Of a stretch of 64,000 nt of DNA, positions 37,873-46,958 are shown in pieces (within the stretch, counting starts at the first letter, position 1; every line of letters begins with the position of its first letter). The stretch is taken from NCBI GenBank assembly GCA_902580215.1, contig CACHJT010000003.1:24521-88520 (forward strand). Direction: 5' to 3'. Source of the stretch: an uncultured Candidatus Actinomarina sp. Lineage in GTDB: Bacteria; Actinomycetota; Acidimicrobiia; Actinomarinales; Actinomarinaceae. The position numbers and the translations under genes are program-made. The notes below the pieces were generated by a model. It saw nothing but the letters and a program-made list of their open reading frames with translations, was not told the DNA's origin and did not search any database.

Positions 37873-40738
37873 ACGAACTATCTACGTAAAGAATTAGAGT
37901 ATCACCTGTAGAAACCGTACCTCCTTGAGGCACATTAGTTCCAATTACTTTTCCTTCACAGCCTTGAAGTTCTGATGTTTGGAAATTCTTTTTGAAAAAT
38001 AGAATAATACTATTTTCACGCATAAATTCTTTAATCAAACTTTCAGCTTCATCACTTGAATAAAAACATGGAGGAATATTTGGTATGTTAGCTGAAAGTT
38101 TTTTACCAGAAACCTCTAGCAAAACTTCTGTTCCTTCTGGAACTTCCTCTTCAAATTCAATGTTTTGCGTTAACACTAAACCTGGTGCTTCTTCAGAATC
38201 AACTAATGTAATTTTTGGAAGTAAATAATTTGAAAATGCTATTTCTTCAGCATCGATCACATTTAGTCCCTCTAATGCTGGTATTTTTACAGTTGGTATC
38301 TCATAATATTTTTCAATATCACTAGGGTCAGATGGCCATTCAACTATTGGGAGACCATCTGTAACTTTACTCATGAACTCCTTCCACATAGGGGCAGGAA
38401 CTCTTCCACCAGATACATTTTTAATGAGTTCTCCATTAATTTCTACATTAGTAAGAGGAAGCTGTTCTTCTGCAAAACCTATCCAAACTGAAGAAGTGTA
38501 TTGAGGAATAAATCCTATGAACCAGGCCTCTCTAAAGCCTTGATGTGTACCAGTCTTTCCTGCAATTGGCCTATCATCCAATACTGCTCTAGTCCCAGTA
38601 CCAAATTGTGCTGCAACTTCAAGTGTTTTTCTTACAGCTGCAGCCGCACCTGGATCTGGTATGGAAACTCTTTGGGAAACTATATTTTGGTACAACACCT
38701 GACCATTTGAGTCTTCAATCCTCTCTATAAGATAAGTCGGAGCTAAGAGGCCGTTTGTTGCAAAAGATGAATACGCTGATGCTATTTCAATTGGTGTAAC
38801 AGCTCCCGCACCGAGCGTTAGTGAAATAACAGGATCTATTTTAGAATCTATCCCAATCCTATTTGCTGTTGAGGCAAGCTTTTCTCCACCTAGCTCTGAT
38901 GCCATTTGAGCAAATACTGTATTTATTGATCTTCTTGTAGCTTCTTCTAAGGAAATCATTCCAGATGTATCTAATAGTTTTATTGATCTGTTGTATTCAC
39001 TTTTATCAATGCATGGTTTAAAAATATATTGTGTTTCGCCTTCTAAATTTATTTGAGTTAAATTCTCTTGGTTTGCAATATCTTCCGGTTGAGTTATTAC
39101 AATTTGATCCTCTTCCAATTCGAGACCTTCGACGTCTTCTTGGTAAAGAATAGGATTACCATTTTCATCAAATTGCCCTAAAGCCTTACCTATTTCTAAT
39201 AGCTTTTCTTGATCATCTTCAAATTCTTCAATGTTTTCAACTAGTGGAAACTGTTCAATAAAATCCTTATTTTTTAAATCTTCGATATGGTAACCAACAC
39301 ATTGAAGCTCAATTGCTTTATCTTGAGCATCAATTTTATTTAAATACCTATCAGCAGTAATAGATGTACCGTAATTTCTTACAACCCACTTTGTTCCTAT
39401 ACCGTCTGGAGCACATGGGTATCCACAGTCAATCTCAACAGGGCTTCTTGAGTCTCTGTAGCTATATAACTTAGAGCCAGACTCTAATGCAGCTAATAAA
39501 GTTATTGGTTTAAATGCAGATCCTGGATTTCTTTTACCCTGTGTCGCAAGATTATATTGCTCTTCTTCAAAGGGAATACCTGAAGCCATTACTTCAATTG
39601 CACCTGTGTAATTGTTAATTAATGTTATTACCCCAGTCGGCTTTGGTTCTGATTCTGGATCCTCTTTATTAGAAGGTACCCAACTGCTGAGGACTTTATT
39701 GGCATGTTTTTGAAATTCTAAATTTAACGTAATAAAAACATTTAAGCCACCACCACCAGTACAAGACGTGTCATCTGACGGACAACCAAAAATCTTTTTC
39801 TTGCGTTCTTCTTTTGTATTCCCCAATACAGCAAATTGAGGATCATTTAGAAGCTGTCTTTTAACTTCTGCTACAACATGTTCTGCTTGGGAGTCTATTT
39901 CCCTTGATTCGATTACATTTAAAGGAGCTAATTTTGCAGATCTTGCTTGAATGTCTACTATAAAACCCTCTTTAAGCATAATGTTCAAAACGTCATTTCT
40001 TCTTTCGATGACTCTTTCAGGATATTTTCTGGGATTGTAATACGCAGGGCTTCTAATTATTACGACAAGTGTCGCTGCCTCATCAAGAGTTATGTCTTTA
40101 ATGTCTTTTCCAAAATATTCATAAGCTGCTGATTGTATTCCATAAGCTCCAGAACCCCAGTAAATGGAATTTATATAATATTCTAAGATTTGATCTTTCG
40201 TATATCTACGTTCAAGCTCTGCAGCCACAACAGCTTCAGCAACTTTTCTTCTAACAGAAATTTCATCACCTACAAAAGATTGTTTTGCTACTTGTGATGT
40301 AATTGTAGAGCCACCTCTTGTAACGCCTCTTAAATTGTCTAAAGCAGCACTCAAGATCGCAACAAAATCAACTCCTTCATGTAAATAATAATTACTATCT
40401 TCAGCTGCTAATAAAGTATTGATTACAAATGATGGAACTTCATCAAGAGGAATAGGGTCTCTATTTAACCCATCATGCAATTCGTCTAAGATTTGATTGT
40501 CTGATGTTATGATTGTTGAAGGCTCTGAAAGCGATACAAAATTTAAAACCATTCCTTCTGCTCTAGGAAGAAACCTTTCTTCAAGTGAATTGACAACTTC
40601 CATACTAGATTTAATAGGTAGGAAGATAAAAAAGCCTACCCAACCTGCTAGAAGAATGCTTGAAATAAGAATTATAAATCCAGCTACATATCTTGAACCG
40701 TATCTAGTTTTAGATTCTAAATTATGTATTTGTGCCAT
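37856..40738 (-). CDS. ponA: Class A penicillin-binding protein (PBP1A-type) with a C-terminal PASTA-like domain or domains
   Basis: N-terminal TM segment. GT51 motifs EDSNYYLHEGVD and RGGSTITSQVAK. Transpeptidase motifs SAFKP (SxxK), SIN (SxN) and KTGT. One clear and one probable PASTA-like repeat in the last ~160 aa. Confidence 0.9.
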   Translation of the reverse strand: MAQIHNLESKTRYGSRYVAGFIILISSILLAGWVGFFIFLPIKSSMEVVNSLEERFLPRAEGMVLNFVSLSEPSTIITSDNQILDELHDGLNRDPIPLDEVPSFVINTLLAAEDSNYYLHEGVDFVAILSAALDNLRGVTRGGSTITSQVAKQSFVGDEISVRRKVAEAVVAAELERRYTKDQILEYYINSIYWGSGAYGIQSAAYEYFGKDIKDITLDEAATLVVIIRSPAYYNPRKYPERVIERRNDVLNIMLKEGFIVDIQARSAKLAPLNVIESREIDSQAEHVVAEVKRQLLNDPQFAVLGNTKEERKKKIFGCPSDDTSCTGGGGLNVFITLNLEFQKHANKVLSSWVPSNKEDPESEPKPTGVITLINNYTGAIEVMASGIPFEEEQYNLATQGKRNPGSAFKPITLLAALESGSKLYSYRDSRSPVEIDCGYPCAPDGIGTKWVVRNYGTSITADRYLNKIDAQDKAIELQCVGYHIEDLKNKDFIEQFPLVENIEEFEDDQEKLLEIGKALGQFDENGNPILYQEDVEGLELEEDQIVITQPEDIANQENLTQINLEGETQYIFKPCIDKSEYNRSIKLLDTSGMISLEEATRRSINTVFAQMASELGGEKLASTANRIGIDSKIDPVISLTLGAGAVTPIEIASAYSSFATNGLLAPTYLIERIEDSNGQVLYQNIVSQRVSIPDPGAAAAVRKTLEVAAQFGTGTRAVLDDRPIAGKTGTHQGFREAWFIGFIPQYTSSVWIGFAEEQLPLTNVEINGELIKNVSGGRVPAPMWKEFMSKVTDGLPIVEWPSDPSDIEKYYEIPTVKIPALEGLNVIDAEEIAFSNYLLPKITLVDSEEAPGLVLTQNIEFEEEVPEGTEVLLEVSGKKLSANIPNIPPCFYSSDEAESLIKEFMRENSIILFFKKNFQTSELQGCEGKVIGTNVPQGGTVSTGDTLILYVDSSSTDSS

Positions 40739-40775
40739 ATGAAAATGATAACCTTTATAGTGACAAACTATTACT

Positions 40776-40804
40776 TTGTACAGCTAAATTTCTAGCCTTA
40801 TGAA
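40776..40804 (+). promoter_or_regulatory. Candidate sigma-70/SigA-type promoter for the citrate synthase gene
   Basis: TTGTAC (40776-40781), a 17-nt spacer, then TATGAA (40799-40804). The -35 box and the predicted 5' UTR each contain one arm of an 8-bp inverted repeat: TTGTACAG at 40776-40783 and CTGTACAA at 40813-40820. Confidence 0.3.
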
Positions 40805-40828
40805 TGTTAATACTGTACAATTGTAGCG

Positions 40829-41899
40829 ATGGATTATTCACCTGGTTTAAGAGGAATCATTGCAGGAGAAACAGCAATCTCCACAGTTGGTAAAGAAGGA
40901 ACTTCACTTAGATATAGAGGATATGATGCAACTGAGCTTACATCCAACAATACTTATGAAGAAGTTGCTTCTCTAATAGTTACTGATTCATTAGAAGATA
41001 AAAATTTTAAGAAAAGTTTCTCCAAATATTATTTGGAGACTACAAAAGACTCAAAGTTAAATGAATTACTAACAGAAATAAAAGAAAAATTACATCCAAT
41101 GGATGTTGTTAGGACAATTGTTTCATATAAGGGTGAGTTAACAACACTTAGAAAAAAAAGTTTAGACAATGAGGATAAAACTGAACTATCTGCAAGAATC
41201 ACAGCAATAGTTTGTTTTATAATTGCTTCTTACCACCAAGAAGCATGCAATGAATTAGACAAACAGTATATGGTTGCCAGCTCTCTTCTACCCAATGGGA
41301 CATCAAAAGAAAAATTAGAAGCTTTAGATGATATGTTGATTTTGTATGCTGAACATGGGTTTAATGCTTCAACCTTTGCAACACGGGTCACAGCATCTAC
41401 AAGAGCAGATCTAACCGGCGCTATAGTTTCAGGAATAGCAACACTAAAAGGAGAACTTCACGGTGGAGCTAACGAGAGAGCAGTAGAGCTTATTAATTCG
41501 TTCGAGACTCTTGAAGACGCAGAAATAGGAATCAAAGAACTTCTAGAACAAAAAACAAAAATTATGGGCTTTGGTCACGGTGTCTATAAAATACAAGACC
41601 CAAGAAGTCCAATTGTCAAAAATTGGGTATCAAGATTAGTCAATAGTGATGAATCTAAAAATAGATTTGAGATTGCCCAAAAAATTGACGAAATTATGGA
41701 CGAAGAAAAAAATCTTTTTCCAAATGTAGATTTTTATGGTGGTCTTTTATTAGCTGAACTTGGGTTTGAAGTAGATTTATTTACCCCCATCTTTGTTGCC
41801 GGACGTTCAGTTGGCTGGGCATCACATTATTTTGAACAAAGAGAACAAGATATTTTGATTAGACCTGCAGCAAAATATATTGGACCTTCTGAAAGATAA
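40829..41899 (+). CDS. Citrate synthase family protein (citrate or 2-methylcitrate synthase)
   Basis: Short-type citrate synthase with YSPGLRGI N-terminus, LHGGANE and GFGHGVYKIQDPR. Adjacency to a PrpD-family gene makes a 2-methylcitrate synthase role possible. Confidence 0.8.
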   Translation: MDYSPGLRGIIAGETAISTVGKEGTSLRYRGYDATELTSNNTYEEVASLIVTDSLEDKNFKKSFSKYYLETTKDSKLNELLTEIKEKLHPMDVVRTIVSYKGELTTLRKKSLDNEDKTELSARITAIVCFIIASYHQEACNELDKQYMVASSLLPNGTSKEKLEALDDMLILYAEHGFNASTFATRVTASTRADLTGAIVSGIATLKGELHGGANERAVELINSFETLEDAEIGIKELLEQKTKIMGFGHGVYKIQDPRSPIVKNWVSRLVNSDESKNRFEIAQKIDEIMDEEKNLFPNVDFYGGLLLAELGFEVDLFTPIFVAGRSVGWASHYFEQREQDILIRPAAKYIGPSER

Positions 41900-41902
41900 C
41901 TT

Positions 41903-43288
41903 TTGGATTCTAACAATTTAGATGTCTTAATTACTGATTACATTTCTAGTGATATAGGTGAAGATGATTATCAATTCTATTCTTCTAAGCTAGCAATATT
42001 AGATACTATAGGCTGCATAATTGAAGCAAGTAATCATGAAAATGTTCTTCAATTTGCATCAAAAAATAATTTAAGTCTGAATTTTAAAAATCCATTTAAA
42101 AATTTATCTGTGAATGAAAGCTACGAAAACATATCATGGTACTTAACAGTTTTAACTAGATGGTTTGATTACAACGACACTTTTTTGGCAAAAGAGTGGG
42201 CCCATCCATCAGATAATTTTGGTTCAATATATAGCTACTTTTATAAAAACAAAAATTATAAATTTAATGATTTTACAAACGCTCTAACTAAAGCATACGA
42301 GATACAAGGTTCTTTATGTTTGGGGACATCATTAAATAAGTTAGGTTATGATCACGTTTTTTATGTAAAACTTGCTTCGGGCTCTGTCTTCTCTTATTTA
42401 GTAAACAACGGAGACACCAATGCTGTAAGAAGAACAGTCAACAATATACTTTTAGATGGACCAAGCCTCAGGGCGTACAGGCATTTTCCAAATGTTGGGA
42501 AAAGAAAAAGTTGGGCAGCTGCCGATGCTTCTAGAAGAGGTATCGAGCTTGCAATTATTAGCAGCTATAAAGATGAAGTTTATGAATCTGTTCAGAATGA
42601 AAATAAGTGGGGATTTGAGTCCAGTTTCTTGGATAATTCAAAAATAGAATTTGGAAAAGATCTTAATAATTGGGTTATACAAAATATATTGTTTAAAGTT
42701 TTATTTCCTGCTGAGTTTCATGGTCAGTCAGCAGTGGAAGCTGCAATTAAGCTTAGTGAGGAATTCAATAAAAATATAAATAAGTTTGAAAAAGTCAATA
42801 TTTACACACATGAACCCGCAATGAGGATAATTTCAAACAAAGAGGTTTTAAAAAATGCTTCAGATAGAGACCACAGTATGGAATATATGGTTGCTGCTGC
42901 ACTTCTTTACGGGGAATTAAAATATGAAATGTATGAAGAGAGTTTTGAAGGATTTGAAAATATTAATAATTTAAGAAAAAAAATTTTCGTCTCTGAACAA
43001 CCTCAATTCACAAAAGACTATTACGAATTTTCAAAGAGATATATATCTAACTCAATAGAAATTGTTTACAACGATAACTCAACTTCAAAAAAAATAACTA
43101 TAGAAAATCCTATAGGCCATCCTTCAAGGAGAGAAGAAGCAATTCCCTTATTAAAAGATAAATTTCTCAGAAATGTGGAATCTTTATTTAATACAGAAAA
43201 AGCTATAGAAGTTTGGGATAAAATTATAAATTTAGAAAAAGATGACGATTTAAATAAGTTTTTTAATATTCTTAATGAAGATGAATGA
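41903..43288 (+). CDS. prpD: MmgE/PrpD family protein (2-methylcitrate dehydratase-like)
   Basis: 461 aa with a TTG start 3 nt after the citrate synthase stop. The call rests on size and overall PrpD-like sequence character. This is a family-level call only, because the sequence is divergent. Confidence 0.6.
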   Translation: MDSNNLDVLITDYISSDIGEDDYQFYSSKLAILDTIGCIIEASNHENVLQFASKNNLSLNFKNPFKNLSVNESYENISWYLTVLTRWFDYNDTFLAKEWAHPSDNFGSIYSYFYKNKNYKFNDFTNALTKAYEIQGSLCLGTSLNKLGYDHVFYVKLASGSVFSYLVNNGDTNAVRRTVNNILLDGPSLRAYRHFPNVGKRKSWAAADASRRGIELAIISSYKDEVYESVQNENKWGFESSFLDNSKIEFGKDLNNWVIQNILFKVLFPAEFHGQSAVEAAIKLSEEFNKNINKFEKVNIYTHEPAMRIISNKEVLKNASDRDHSMEYMVAAALLYGELKYEMYEESFEGFENINNLRKKIFVSEQPQFTKDYYEFSKRYISNSIEIVYNDNSTSKKITIENPIGHPSRREEAIPLLKDKFLRNVESLFNTEKAIEVWDKIINLEKDDDLNKFFNILNEDE

Positions 43289-44153
43289 AATTTATTTATT
43301 AGTGGGAGGAGAGGCTACAAGACTTCAACCACTTTCTTCTGGCATACCAAAAGCTTTGCTCACAATTAGAGGAGAAAGAATAATTGATAAAATTATTAAA
43401 CAATTTTCAAATTTAGAAAATTTTAATTTTAATTTAATTTGCTCAGTCAAACATGAAGAACATTGGAAAAATTATAAAACTAACCACAACAACAATGTAA
43501 ATCTGCATTTTGAAAAATCTAAGCTAGACACGGCCGGGTATATCATTGAAAATTTAGATACAATGCCCAACAGATTTTACTGTATGAATGGTGATTTATT
43601 ATTAAATATTGATTTATCCAATTTCATTAATGCTTCTAGTCAATGCTCTAATTCTCTAATTGGCTCATTTGAGGTGGAAGACCCAACAAGATTTGGCGTA
43701 TTAGAAATAGACCAAGAAAGTAAAGTAACCCAATTTATAGAAAAACCAAAAGACAAAAGCTATGGAAACAAAATAAGCCTGGGTTTGTATCACTTATATA
43801 AGAAGGACATATTATCAATACATAAAAATCTTGAAATTCCCTGTTCTTTTGAAAGACAGGTTTTTCCGACACTTTCTGGAGCTGGCTTATTAAGCACATA
43901 TACGGTTAATGGAGAAATGTTGGATGTTGGAACACTTGAATCATACATTTCTGCACATATTGATAAGGGAGAAGAGAATTGGATCTCTACAAACAATGTA
44001 CAAATTAGCGAAAGTGCCGTAGTAAAAAATAGCGTTATTTTGGATAACTGCATTATTGAAGATAATGTAACTATTTCAGATTCAATAATAAGTAGTAATT
44101 CGATTATCAAAACTGGCACTATTATAAACAAAGAAATTATAAGGAAAATTTAA
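43275..44153 (+). CDS. Sugar-1-phosphate nucleotidyltransferase (mannose-1-phosphate guanylyltransferase-like)
   Basis: N-terminal GGEATRLQPLSSGIPKALL (GxGxRL..PK motif) and C-terminal hexapeptide repeats (VVKNSVILDNCIIEDNVTISDSII). Its position beside cofE/cofD mirrors the mycobacterial manB-fbiB-fbiA neighbourhood. Confidence 0.7.
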   Translation: MKMNEIYLLVGGEATRLQPLSSGIPKALLTIRGERIIDKIIKQFSNLENFNFNLICSVKHEEHWKNYKTNHNNNVNLHFEKSKLDTAGYIIENLDTMPNRFYCMNGDLLLNIDLSNFINASSQCSNSLIGSFEVEDPTRFGVLEIDQESKVTQFIEKPKDKSYGNKISLGLYHLYKKDILSIHKNLEIPCSFERQVFPTLSGAGLLSTYTVNGEMLDVGTLESYISAHIDKGEENWISTNNVQISESAVVKNSVILDNCIIEDNVTISDSIISSNSIIKTGTIINKEIIRKI

Positions 44154-44156
44154 AAA

Positions 44157-45080
44157 ATGAAAATTTTAATTACTGGCGGAGCAGGCTTTATAGGTTCTCA
44201 TCTTGTTGAAGAGCTTCTAAATGATGAAAATGAGATTTTAATCTTTGACAATTGTCTGACTGGTAAAAAAGAAAATTTAGAAATAACAGGTAATTTTAAA
44301 TTTATAATTGATGATTTTGGTTCTGAAAATTCTCTAAAAGAAGTTGAAAAGTTTAATCCAGATGTATGTTTCCATTTAGCTGCACAATCTTCAGTAGTAG
44401 TATCAGTGGAAAACCCAGCACTTGATTTTGAACACAATATTTTACAGCCAATAAAGCTTATTCAAGTACTTTTAAAATCTAACTGTAAAAAATTTGTGTT
44501 TACTTCATCTGGAGGAACAATTTTTGGTGAACCTTCTGTAATACCTACGGCTGAAGACGATTATGCAGATGAGCCAGAGTCTCCGTATGGAGTTGCAAAA
44601 AAAAGATTAAATGAATTAATAAAGATAATGACAAATAATTCAAATCTAAAATACTCAATTTTAAATCTATCTAACGTTTATGGACCTAGGCAGGATCCCT
44701 ATGGAGAGGCAGGAGTAGTATCAATATTTGCAAACAAATATTTAAATAAGGAGGAACCAATAATTTATGGAGATGGTGAGCAGACCAGAGATTATGTATA
44801 TGTAAAAGATGTTGTAAGTGCATTAATAAAATCATCAAAAATTGATAAAAATCATTTTTTAAACATAGGAACTGGTGTAGAAACATCAGTTAATGATCTT
44901 GCAAATTCAATGAAAAGACAATTTAATTCTGAAATTAATCCTATTTACAAACCAGCAAGAGAAGGTGAATTAAAAAGAAGTGTATTAAATAATACAAAAG
45001 CAAAAAAAGAATTAGATTGGAAGCCAGAACATGATTTGGATGATGGTATGAAACAAGTGTTTAATTGGTTGAAAGCCTAA
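44157..45080 (+). CDS. NAD-dependent sugar-nucleotide epimerase/dehydratase (GalE-like)
   Basis: Rossmann motif GGAGFIGSHL and catalytic YGVAKK (YxxxK). 307 aa. Confidence 0.8.
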   Translation: MKILITGGAGFIGSHLVEELLNDENEILIFDNCLTGKKENLEITGNFKFIIDDFGSENSLKEVEKFNPDVCFHLAAQSSVVVSVENPALDFEHNILQPIKLIQVLLKSNCKKFVFTSSGGTIFGEPSVIPTAEDDYADEPESPYGVAKKRLNELIKIMTNNSNLKYSILNLSNVYGPRQDPYGEAGVVSIFANKYLNKEEPIIYGDGEQTRDYVYVKDVVSALIKSSKIDKNHFLNIGTGVETSVNDLANSMKRQFNSEINPIYKPAREGELKRSVLNNTKAKKELDWKPEHDLDDGMKQVFNWLKA

Positions 45081-45775
45081 AGAAAAAAATCTTCATTATC
45101 GTCTCGTATCAATTCATTTGCATTTAGCTTAGAACTTTTATAATCAAAACCCCTGATTAATGCTATTGGAACATCAATGGTTTTCTTCATGACCAGCTCA
45201 GCAGCACTTGCTAACTCATCAATAACTGCTATTTCTGTAGCATTAAGTTCATTATTAAAGCTATCTAATTTGCCAATATAGCTATCAATAGGACTTATTC
45301 CGGACGAACCAATCGCAAAATTAACTTGACCCTTTCTCCACGCTCGACCAAATGTATCAGATATAATGACGGCTATTGGTAAATTAGCTAATGATTCAAA
45401 CTTTTTTCGAAATTTTAATGCTGATTTATTGGGATCTTCAGGGAGGAGTAAGGCTGAATTTTTTCTTACATTAGATTTATCAATTCCAGCATTTGCACAA
45501 ATAAATCCATGATGTGTTTTTGCTATAACTAAATCTCCTCTTTTTCTTATAATTTTTTTAGATTCGTTCTGTAACAACTCTTCAAAATCATAATTTGAAA
45601 GATCTCTCTCCATTCCTTCACTTTTTGACACAATTTTTTGAGTAACAATAAAAATGTCATTTTTTTCAATACCAATCTCACTTTCATTTAATATATCGAA
45701 TGTGATTTCAGCCAAATTATCATTAACTTTAATCTCTGGAATACCTTCGATAGGTATTATTCTTATTTCACTCAT
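45077..45775 (-). CDS. cofE: F420-0:gamma-glutamyl ligase (CofE domain only)
   Basis: 232 aa with the CofE-type block DIFIVTQKIVSKSEG. It overlaps cofD by 8 nt. There is no C-terminal nitroreductase-like extension. Confidence 0.75.
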   Translation of the reverse strand: MSEIRIIPIEGIPEIKVNDNLAEITFDILNESEIGIEKNDIFIVTQKIVSKSEGMERDLSNYDFEELLQNESKKIIRKRGDLVIAKTHHGFICANAGIDKSNVRKNSALLLPEDPNKSALKFRKKFESLANLPIAVIISDTFGRAWRKGQVNFAIGSSGISPIDSYIGKLDSFNNELNATEIAVIDELASAAELVMKKTIDVPIALIRGFDYKSSKLNANELIRDDNEDFFL

Positions 45776-46664
45776 TTTGCAATATCCTTTTAGCTAGATT
45801 TTTTGAGTCATTTTCATTCTTAAAAACAATTTGGTCTTCGAAGACATTCGAAGAGTTATCGGTATCTCCATGATGGACAAAAAATTTATTAACTCGATTT
45901 TTGTAATATTTTTTTAATCCTTGAATATCTGGTTTGTACCCCATATCAAAAAAATTTTGAACAGAAGGACCTTTAAGAGCTTTTTTACCTACAAACGGAC
46001 TAATAGCAATAACATTATTATGATCTTGAATCGATTGATTAAGCCTACTTAGAGAAAGGATAGGACCGATTGACAGAATTGGATTTGAGGGACCAACAAT
46101 CAAAACATCACTTTGATTAATCAAGTTAATGACTTTATTTGAGACCCTTGCTTTTCTTGAGCCTTCATAAACAACTTTACTTAATCTTGGTTTTGCTTTT
46201 TTTTCAACAAAATAATTTTGAAAATTTAATTTATCACCGTTTTTTGTAATAAGCTTTGTACTTACCAAATCATCAGACATCGGAAGAATTTTACATTTGA
46301 TATTTAATTTATTTTTTATAATCTCTGTAATTTCTGTAAGTTGTAATCCATCGTTTAACATTTGGTTTCTAAACAAATTAAGAGCCAAATCTTTGTCACC
46401 TATCATAAAATTCAAATCATAAAATTTTTTTAATTCATTATTTACAGTGAATTTATCATTAAGGATACCCCAACCAAATTTTCCTTCTATGTTTGCTAAA
46501 CCATAAATTACAGAATCAATGTCAGGCGAAAGAGCTACTCCATGTATATATTCGTCATCACCAGTATTAACGATGATTGATAAGTCAATATTTTTTAACT
46601 TGCTCAACCCCTTTGCAAATTTGGCGCCTCCAACACCTCCACTTAAGTAAACAACTTTTTTCAT
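45768..46664 (-). CDS. cofD: 2-phospho-L-lactate (LPPG:FO) transferase
   Basis: LSGGVGGAKF N-terminus and VNTGDDEYIHGVALSPDIDSVIYGLA, the CofD-type NTGDD...SPDxD block. Confidence 0.8.
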   Translation of the reverse strand: MKKVVYLSGGVGGAKFAKGLSKLKNIDLSIIVNTGDDEYIHGVALSPDIDSVIYGLANIEGKFGWGILNDKFTVNNELKKFYDLNFMIGDKDLALNLFRNQMLNDGLQLTEITEIIKNKLNIKCKILPMSDDLVSTKLITKNGDKLNFQNYFVEKKAKPRLSKVVYEGSRKARVSNKVINLINQSDVLIVGPSNPILSIGPILSLSRLNQSIQDHNNVIAISPFVGKKALKGPSVQNFFDMGYKPDIQGLKKYYKNRVNKFFVHHGDTDNSSNVFEDQIVFKNENDSKNLAKRILQNE

Positions 46665-46709
46665 TTATAAGAACCTTAAATATGTGACCTTTCAACTAAC
46701 ATTTTAGTA

Positions 46710-46958
46710 ATGATAGACAAAGATATTCTAGAGGGATTATCAGAACTTGATGAAGCAGATTTAAAGAGAATCAAATTATTGGTGGACAATAAGTTAAATA
46801 TTGAATCTGAAGTAAAAGTTTCTTATAGGGCGAAATCAATAAAGTGTGGAAAAGAGTCATGTAATTCATGTCCTCACGGTCCATATTGGTATGCAGAATG
46901 GACTGAAGAAGGAAAAAGAAAAACTAAATATTTAGGTAAAAATTTAACAGATGCTTAA
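46710..46958 (+). CDS. Small Cys-motif protein (82 aa), function unknown
   Basis: Acidic helical N-terminus followed by KCGKESCNSCPHGPYWYAEWTEEGKRKTKYLGK. Its stop overlaps the start of the downstream membrane protein (ATGCTTAA). Confidence 0.6.
   Translation: MIDKDILEGLSELDEADLKRIKLLVDNKLNIESEVKVSYRAKSIKCGKESCNSCPHGPYWYAEWTEEGKRKTKYLGKNLTDA

Noticed and set aside
46710-46958. The small Cys protein might be a WhiB-like regulator, since it sits where whiB2 sits relative to fbiA in mycobacteria.
   Set aside because: It has only three Cys (C-x4-C-x2-C), with no fourth ligand and no GVWGG turn. The positional analogy alone is not enough.
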